This document shows, one piece after another, positions 58,786-64,000 of a DNA stretch of 64,000 bases (the first letter of the stretch is position 1; each line of letters opens with the position of its first letter). Source of the stretch: Spirochaetia bacterium (GTDB lineage: Bacteria > Spirochaetota > Spirochaetia > SZUA-6 > Bin103); the NCBI GenBank assembly GCA_965203055.1, contig OZ241863.1, forward strand, positions 3,616,001-3,680,000, in the 5' to 3' direction. Made by a program: the position numbers and the translations under genes. Below the pieces are notes generated by a model. It was not told the DNA's origin and made no database searches. It saw nothing but the letters and a program-made list of their open reading frames with translations.

Positions 58786-59369
58786 CGAAACGCCCGTTCG
58801 ACCAGCGCGCACACCACGTGCCCGATGGCGAGGTGAGCTTCCTGCACCTGCTGCGTCTGGCTGCTGGGCACGCGGATGCAGAGGTCGCAGCACGCCGCCA
58901 GGCCGTCCCCGCCCGCGCCGGTCAATCCCACCACCGTCATGCGCGCGGCCTGCGCCCGCCGCGCCGCGCGCACCACGTTCTCCGACGCGCCGCTGGTGCT
59001 GATCGCCAACAGAACGTCGCCGGCGCTGCCCAGAGCTTCCACTTGACGTTCGAACACGGCCCCCAGCCCGAAGTCATTGCCGACCGCGGTCACGATCGAG
59101 GTGTCGGTCGTCAGGGCCACGGCCGGCAGGCCGCGGCGCGCTACCGACGGATCCAACGCGCCTACGAACTCCGCGGCGAGGTGCTGACTGGCGGCGGCGC
59201 TGCCGCCGTTCCCGCAGATCAGCAGCTTGCCGCCGTGCTGCAGGGTTCGCCGAACCGCCCGTACCGCCGCCAGCACTTCGTTACCGCAGGCATCCATCAA
59301 GCGGCGCCGCAACTCGATCCCGGCGTCGAAGTGCGCCGCCAGCCGAGACCGGTCGTCGTGGTCGTCCAT
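58782..59369 (-). CDS. gmhA: Sedoheptulose-7-phosphate isomerase
   Basis: CGNGGSAA, LTTD, GND, ISTSG, QEAH. Confidence 0.92.
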   Translation of the reverse strand: MDDHDDRSRLAAHFDAGIELRRRLMDACGNEVLAAVRAVRRTLQHGGKLLICGNGGSAAASQHLAAEFVGALDPSVARRGLPAVALTTDTSIVTAVGNDFGLGAVFERQVEALGSAGDVLLAISTSGASENVVRAARRAQAARMTVVGLTGAGGDGLAACCDLCIRVPSSQTQQVQEAHLAIGHVVCALVERAFR

Positions 59370-59434
59370 GACAGCTCCCGTTGCCGCCTGCGAAGGTCGA
59401 ACTCGCGCCCGGCCTGCGCGAGGAGCGGCGCGGC

Positions 59435-60232
59435 TCATTCTGCCTCTCTTGCCGATGGTCGATCAAGCGCCGGGCCGCAGCCTTGCACCCACCCGGCCAT
59501 CAGTTTCCGCGCCCGGACAAGCCGGCCGGGGGTTCCGATGTCCACGAAGTCGGTGTCTGCGCGGTAGGCGCCGAGGCGCCCCTGCGCGGCCCAGGCAGGG
59601 AATATTTCGCGCTCCAGGGAGACGAAGCGCCCCTCGGGAACCTCCAACAGCAAGGAGCGGGGCAGCAGATAGACTCCCGCGCTGACCCAGGCCGGGCCGG
59701 CGGCCGGCTGCTTTTCGCCGAAGGACCTCACGAGTTGCGTGGCCGGGTCGATCCGCAGCCGCCCGAACGAAGACGCGGAGCGCACCCGCGCCGCGACCAG
59801 CGCCGCCGGGAAGGAGTGGTCGCGCTGCCAGTCGACAAACTTGGCCAGCGGGGTCCTGACGTAGCTGTCGGCGTTCATGATCAGCAATCGAGGGGCGGCC
59901 AGACGCCGGAACGCATGGCGCAGGGCCCCGGCGGTGCCCAAGGGAACCGGCTCCCGCGAGTATTCCAGCCGCAGCGAACCGCCGCACGATCGTCCCAGGA
60001 CCGCTTCCAGTTGGTCACCCCCGTAGCCGGTGCACAGTACGCAGCGCGCAACCCCGGCAGCGCGGATCTGACGCAGGAGGTGAGCCGCGAACGGCTGCCC
60101 GGCGACTTCGCAAAGCGCCTTCGGCAGGTCGCCGGAAACGGACCGCAGCCGCGTGCCGGCGCCGCCCGCCAGCAGCACCGCTTCGACGCCGGGCAGTGCC
60201 GCGCCGCCGCCGGCGCCGGGCGAGAGCGTCAC
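59435..60232 (-). CDS. Heptose-1-phosphate guanylyltransferase (HddC-like)
   Basis: LAGGAGTRL, PK, EPVPLGTAGA, DIGTP; located between hddA and gmhA. Confidence 0.85.
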   Translation of the reverse strand: MTLSPGAGGGAALPGVEAVLLAGGAGTRLRSVSGDLPKALCEVAGQPFAAHLLRQIRAAGVARCVLCTGYGGDQLEAVLGRSCGGSLRLEYSREPVPLGTAGALRHAFRRLAAPRLLIMNADSYVRTPLAKFVDWQRDHSFPAALVAARVRSASSFGRLRIDPATQLVRSFGEKQPAAGPAWVSAGVYLLPRSLLLEVPEGRFVSLEREIFPAWAAQGRLGAYRADTDFVDIGTPGRLVRARKLMAGWVQGCGPALDRPSAREAE

Positions 60233-61254
60233 GGATGACGGCTCCTCCACACCTGCAGGCCGCGGTCGCTGAAGCTGCATTCGACGAACACTCCGCCGGC
60301 CGCCTGCAGCGCATGACGCACCCGATGTTGCTTGGAAGTGGGAACGTACAGGACGAGGTAGCCGCCGCCGCCGGCGCCCGACAGCTTCCCGCCCAGGGCG
60401 CCGTGCCGGAGCGCGATCTCGTACAGCTTGTCCGCGGCGGTGCCCCGGGTCACCTCCGGGTTCATCATCTTCTTGTGCGCGAACCCCTCGTGCAGACCTC
60501 TCCCGAAGCGGTCCAGGTCCTTGTCCAACAACGCTTCCTTCATCCGTTCGACGTCCGCTTGAATGCAGTGCATGCCGTCCACGGTCTCCGTGCGGCCGCG
60601 CTTCAGGAACTCGAGCTGCCGGTCGATCAGTCCCAGGTCGGTGCGTACCTGGCCGACGTAGCAGAGCAGCAGGTGCGCCTCCAGGTCCCGCAGCAGGTCG
60701 CTGTCCAGGTCCAGCGGCACCACCGCCACGCCGCCGGCGCCGAACGTGATGTGGTTGAAGCCGCCGAACGTGGTGGCATACTGGTCCTGCTTGCCGCCCG
60801 CGATCTTGAGCTCGATGCGCTCGATCCGGTAGTTCAGTTCCGCCATCTCGGTGCGGGTCAGCCGGGTGTCGGTGTACGCCGCCAGGGCGCCGATGAGCGC
60901 GGCCGTCACCGCCGAGGACCCGCCGAGGCCGCCCCCGGCCGGGGCGTCCGAGCGAATATCGAGGTCGAAGCCCCGGCCGACCTCGAATTGCGCCGCGGCG
61001 GCCTTCGCCAGGTCCAGCACCCCGTCGTACACCGGTTCTTCGTGCAACCGGTAGTCGACCGCCCAGCCCAGGTCCAGCGACCGAATACTGACCCGCGAAT
61101 CGCTGCGCGGATGCAAGGTGACGTACGCGCTGCGGTCGATGGTGGACGAGAGCACGGCGCCGCCGTACCGCTCGTACCAGTCGGCCAGGTCGGTGCCGCC
61201 GCCCGCAAAGCTGATCCGCAACGGCGCCCTGGCCCTGATCCACCCGTCAGTCAC
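60229..61254 (-). CDS. hddA: D-glycero-alpha-D-manno-heptose-7-phosphate kinase (GHMP)
   Basis: RAPLRISFAGGGTD, GGLGGSS, GKQDQYA, GGKLSGAGGGG. Confidence 0.88.
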   Translation of the reverse strand: MTDGWIRARAPLRISFAGGGTDLADWYERYGGAVLSSTIDRSAYVTLHPRSDSRVSIRSLDLGWAVDYRLHEEPVYDGVLDLAKAAAAQFEVGRGFDLDIRSDAPAGGGLGGSSAVTAALIGALAAYTDTRLTRTEMAELNYRIERIELKIAGGKQDQYATTFGGFNHITFGAGGVAVVPLDLDSDLLRDLEAHLLLCYVGQVRTDLGLIDRQLEFLKRGRTETVDGMHCIQADVERMKEALLDKDLDRFGRGLHEGFAHKKMMNPEVTRGTAADKLYEIALRHGALGGKLSGAGGGGYLVLYVPTSKQHRVRHALQAAGGVFVECSFSDRGLQVWRSRHP

Positions 61255-61256
61255 GC

Positions 61257-62252
61257 CTACGCAATCGTCTTCAGCTTCCAGGGATTCTTTTGCAATTCGA
61301 CTATCCAATAGGTATAGAGATCGGTCAAGATTGCATCATAATCTATTCTTGGCTCCCAATTCGTAACCTTCTTGAACTTCTCTACGGACGGAATCTGGTT
61401 GGTTACGTCAGCCGGCCGCAGCAGACTCTCCTTCACCGTTACCTTTACGTTCTTGATATTCGATATCCTTATCAATCTCTGCAACACCTCGCCCACGCTG
61501 ATGGGAATGCTTCCTCCGACGTTATAGGCTTCGCCGGCTGCGCAGCGCCGTTCCGCCAGGTGATATGCCCTGACCATGTCCTTGACGTGCGCCAACACCC
61601 TGACCGAGTCCAGATTGCCTACCTGCACTTCCTTCGAAGAACCGAAGACCTTCATCGCAGCTAGCTGCTTGGCGAACGAAGATTCAAAGAACACGTCTCC
61701 TCGGCCCGGTCCGGTAGTAGTGAAGTTTCTGATTCTGATGGTCCTCGTTCCATAGGAGATGAAGTATTGCAGGAGCGCCATGTCCTGGCCGACCTTGGAT
61801 ACGCCGTAAGGCGAAGATGGTCTGAATTGGCTGTTCTCGGTTATTGGAACTTGATCGGTGTCTCCGTAAACTTCACTGGAGGTAATCCCGACCACCATTG
61901 CGCCACTATTGGTAGACCTTACCGCTTCCAGTAGATTGATCGTTCCATTCACGTTCGTGTCTACTGTGGCAGTCGGCATCGAATAGCTGACGGGAACATA
62001 TGATTGGGCGGCCAAGTGATAGATGACATCCGGTCGTACTTGATCGAGCACCTCATATATTGCCCGAAAATCAGTCAGGTCACCGGTCAGCAGCGTTACC
62101 CTGTCGATGATTCTCCTCAGATTCTCCCTGTTGCTGCGCCACCTCGTCACCCCGAATACTTCACAATTCCGTTCCACCAGATATTCGGCAAGATGGCTTC
62201 CCACAAACCCGGTCACCCCGGTTATCAGTACCTTTGACCTGGAACGATTCAT
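61257..62252 (-). CDS. GDP-sugar 4,6-dehydratase (Gmd-like, probably acting on GDP-heptose)
   Basis: ITGVTGFVGSH, HLAAQSYV, SSEVYG, SPYGVSK, GNLDSVR; lower GC than neighbours. Confidence 0.88.
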   Translation of the reverse strand: MNRSRSKVLITGVTGFVGSHLAEYLVERNCEVFGVTRWRSNRENLRRIIDRVTLLTGDLTDFRAIYEVLDQVRPDVIYHLAAQSYVPVSYSMPTATVDTNVNGTINLLEAVRSTNSGAMVVGITSSEVYGDTDQVPITENSQFRPSSPYGVSKVGQDMALLQYFISYGTRTIRIRNFTTTGPGRGDVFFESSFAKQLAAMKVFGSSKEVQVGNLDSVRVLAHVKDMVRAYHLAERRCAAGEAYNVGGSIPISVGEVLQRLIRISNIKNVKVTVKESLLRPADVTNQIPSVEKFKKVTNWEPRIDYDAILTDLYTYWIVELQKNPWKLKTIA

Positions 62253-63550
62253 CTCTGTTGGAGTTGGGTGAAGCGGGTGAAGAAGTCGGGGAAGGTCTTG
62301 GCGGTGCAGCCGGGATCGGTGATGGTGAGGCCGCTGGTGCGCAGGCCGGTGACGGCGAACGCCATGGCGATGCGGTGGTCGTCGTAGGTCTCGACCGCGG
62401 CGCCGCGCGGGGGCGCGGGTTCGATGCGCAGCATGCCGCGGCCCTCTTCTACCGGCACCCCCAGGCGGCGCAGCTCGGTCGCCAGGGCATGGACGCGATC
62501 GGTTTCCTGCAGCCGCGTATGGCCGATGCCGCGGATGGTTACCGGAGCGGCGGCGAACGGCGCGATGGCCGCCAAGGTGGGCGCGGTGTCGCTGATGGCC
62601 GTGAGGTCGGCGTCGATGCCGGCCAGCGCGCGCGGACCCTGCACGGTGACTCCGGCGGGGTCCCACTCGACGCGGCAGCCCATCCGCCGGAGCACCTCCA
62701 GGAATGCCAGGTCGCCCTGCAGCGAATCGCGCCGCAGGCCGGGCACGCGCACGCGCCCGCCGGTCACGGCCGCGGCGGCGAAGAAATAGGAAGCGCTGGT
62801 GGCGTCCGGCTCGATGCTCAGGTCCTGCGCCTGATAGCGCTGTCCGGCGGGGATCGAGAAGCGCCGCCCCTGCTCGGTGACAGCCGCCCCGAACCGGCGC
62901 ATGAGGCGTACCGTCATCGCCACGAACGGCTCCGAGACCAGGTTGCCCTCGACTTCCAGCGTGGTCGCCGCCCGGGCCAGCGGGGCGGCCATCAGCAGCG
63001 CGGAGATCGGTTGGCTGCTGCGCCCGCCGGAGACCTGCAGCGCGCCGCCTGCCAGGCCGCGGCCACAGATGGTGAACGGCATGCGCACCGGCTGCGCGGC
63101 CGCGCTGATGCGCGCGCCCTGCGCGGCCAGGGCGGCGAGCAACTCGTCCATCGGCCGCTCGCGCATGCGGGGCGCGCCGTCCACCGTGTAGCAGCCGGTT
63201 CCAAGCGCGAGCACCGCCGTGAGGAAGCGCGCCGCGGTCCCCGCGTTGCCGACGAACAGGTCGGCGCGCGGCGCCGGCAGCGCGCCGCCGCGGCCCTCCA
63301 CGCTGATCTCGGCGGCGGCGGGGTCCTGCCGGACCTCGATGCCCAGGGCCTGCAGCGCGGCGCCGAAGTAGCGCGTGTCGTCGCTGAACAGGGCGTTGCG
63401 CAGGGTGGAGGTGCCGGCGGCCAGCGCGGCCAAGCACATGGCGCGGTTGGTCAGGCTCTTGGAGCCGGGAACCTGCACCGCGGCGTCGACCGGTCCGCGC
63501 AACGGGATGATGGCCTGGGGCGGCTGGCGTTGATCGGCGGTGTGCGGCAT
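62249..63550 (-). CDS. aroA: 3-phosphoshikimate 1-carboxyvinyltransferase
   Basis: PGSKSLTNR, GNAGTAARF, RMRERP, SSQ, ETDR, DDHRIAM, KTFPDF. Confidence 0.96.
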   Translation of the reverse strand: MPHTADQRQPPQAIIPLRGPVDAAVQVPGSKSLTNRAMCLAALAAGTSTLRNALFSDDTRYFGAALQALGIEVRQDPAAAEISVEGRGGALPAPRADLFVGNAGTAARFLTAVLALGTGCYTVDGAPRMRERPMDELLAALAAQGARISAAAQPVRMPFTICGRGLAGGALQVSGGRSSQPISALLMAAPLARAATTLEVEGNLVSEPFVAMTVRLMRRFGAAVTEQGRRFSIPAGQRYQAQDLSIEPDATSASYFFAAAAVTGGRVRVPGLRRDSLQGDLAFLEVLRRMGCRVEWDPAGVTVQGPRALAGIDADLTAISDTAPTLAAIAPFAAAPVTIRGIGHTRLQETDRVHALATELRRLGVPVEEGRGMLRIEPAPPRGAAVETYDDHRIAMAFAVTGLRTSGLTITDPGCTAKTFPDFFTRFTQLQQR

Positions 63551-63625
63551 GCTGGTTACCCGACCGGAACGCCGTCGCGCGGCGTCCCCGAATCGACATC
63601 GAGCATGGTGCAACAGGAGTAGAAC

Positions 63626-64000
63626 ATGTACAAGACGCCGATTACTTCCGCCCAGGGCGCCCCTCCGGGCGGCCCCTACACCCCCGCGCTGCGCTGGGGA
63701 GACCTGGTGTTCGTATCGGGCCAAGTGGGAGTCGACCCCGCTACCGGCGAGCCGGTCGCCGGCGACTTCGGCGCCGAAGTGCGCCGCGTCCTCGACAACG
63801 TCAAGACCCTGGTAGAGGCCGGGGGCTCCTCCATGGACAAGGTGCTGAAGGTAACCGTCTACCTGACCGACATGGCGCGCTTCGCGGAGATGAACGCCAT
63901 CTACGAGGAATACTTTCCCGAGCCGCGGCCCGCGCGCAGTACGGTGCAGGCCGGGTTGGCGAAGCAGTTCCGGGTCGAGATAGACGTCATCGCCGGCATC
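63626..64000 (+). CDS. RidA/YjgF family protein; stop lies beyond the window
   Basis: AGGAG RBS; GPYT, VFVSGQ, KVTVYLTDM, MNAIY..YF..PRPARS, VEID. Confidence 0.92.
   Translation, partial: MYKTPITSAQGAPPGGPYTPALRWGDLVFVSGQVGVDPATGEPVAGDFGAEVRRVLDNVKTLVEAGGSSMDKVLKVTVYLTDMARFAEMNAIYEEYFPEPRPARSTVQAGLAKQFRVEIDVIAGI

Noticed and set aside
61257..63599. Apparent fusion ORFs of 780, 602, 861 and 1228 aa (dehydratase, HddC, SorE-like, RND)
   Set aside because: The Arg/Pro/Gly-rich extensions are alternative frames of upstream genes in high-GC DNA; coupled internal starts explain them

Overview
High-GC bacterial window. The ABC-binding-protein signal peptide style suggests a spirochaete-like genome, but this is a weak inference. 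The housekeeping and metabolic backbone contains ggt, glnS, an ABC-sulfatase-transhydrogenase operon, a two-TolC/two-RND efflux locus, a SorD/SorE-like pair, an XPB helicase pair, argA, serC, FGE, a GDP-6-deoxy-heptose operon joined to aroA, and RidA. Three defence insertions interrupt it: a Septu-like ATPase+HNH pair (2.7-4.6 kb), a DUF262+HEPN pair (26.5-28.1 kb), and a ~17 kb island (31.7-49.0 kb). The island holds a type IIG R-M fusion flanked by two orphan antitoxins, three mcrB and two mcrC genes, an XRE-M78 peptidase/PIN pair, a PD-(D/E)XK nuclease and several gene remnants. Its most striking structure is a ~1.8 kb tandem duplication [leader with a -10 box and palindrome + mcrB + mcrC 5' end]. 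The two copies have near-identical GTPase domains but patch-wise diverged N-terminal domains, and share one intact McrC. Nearby are a duplicated TTGACA-17-TATCAT promoter and an inverted pair of homologous gene remnants bracketing ~8 kb. No rRNA, tRNA, CRISPR array, integrase or transposase was recognised. All family calls are by-eye motif recognition, not database searches.
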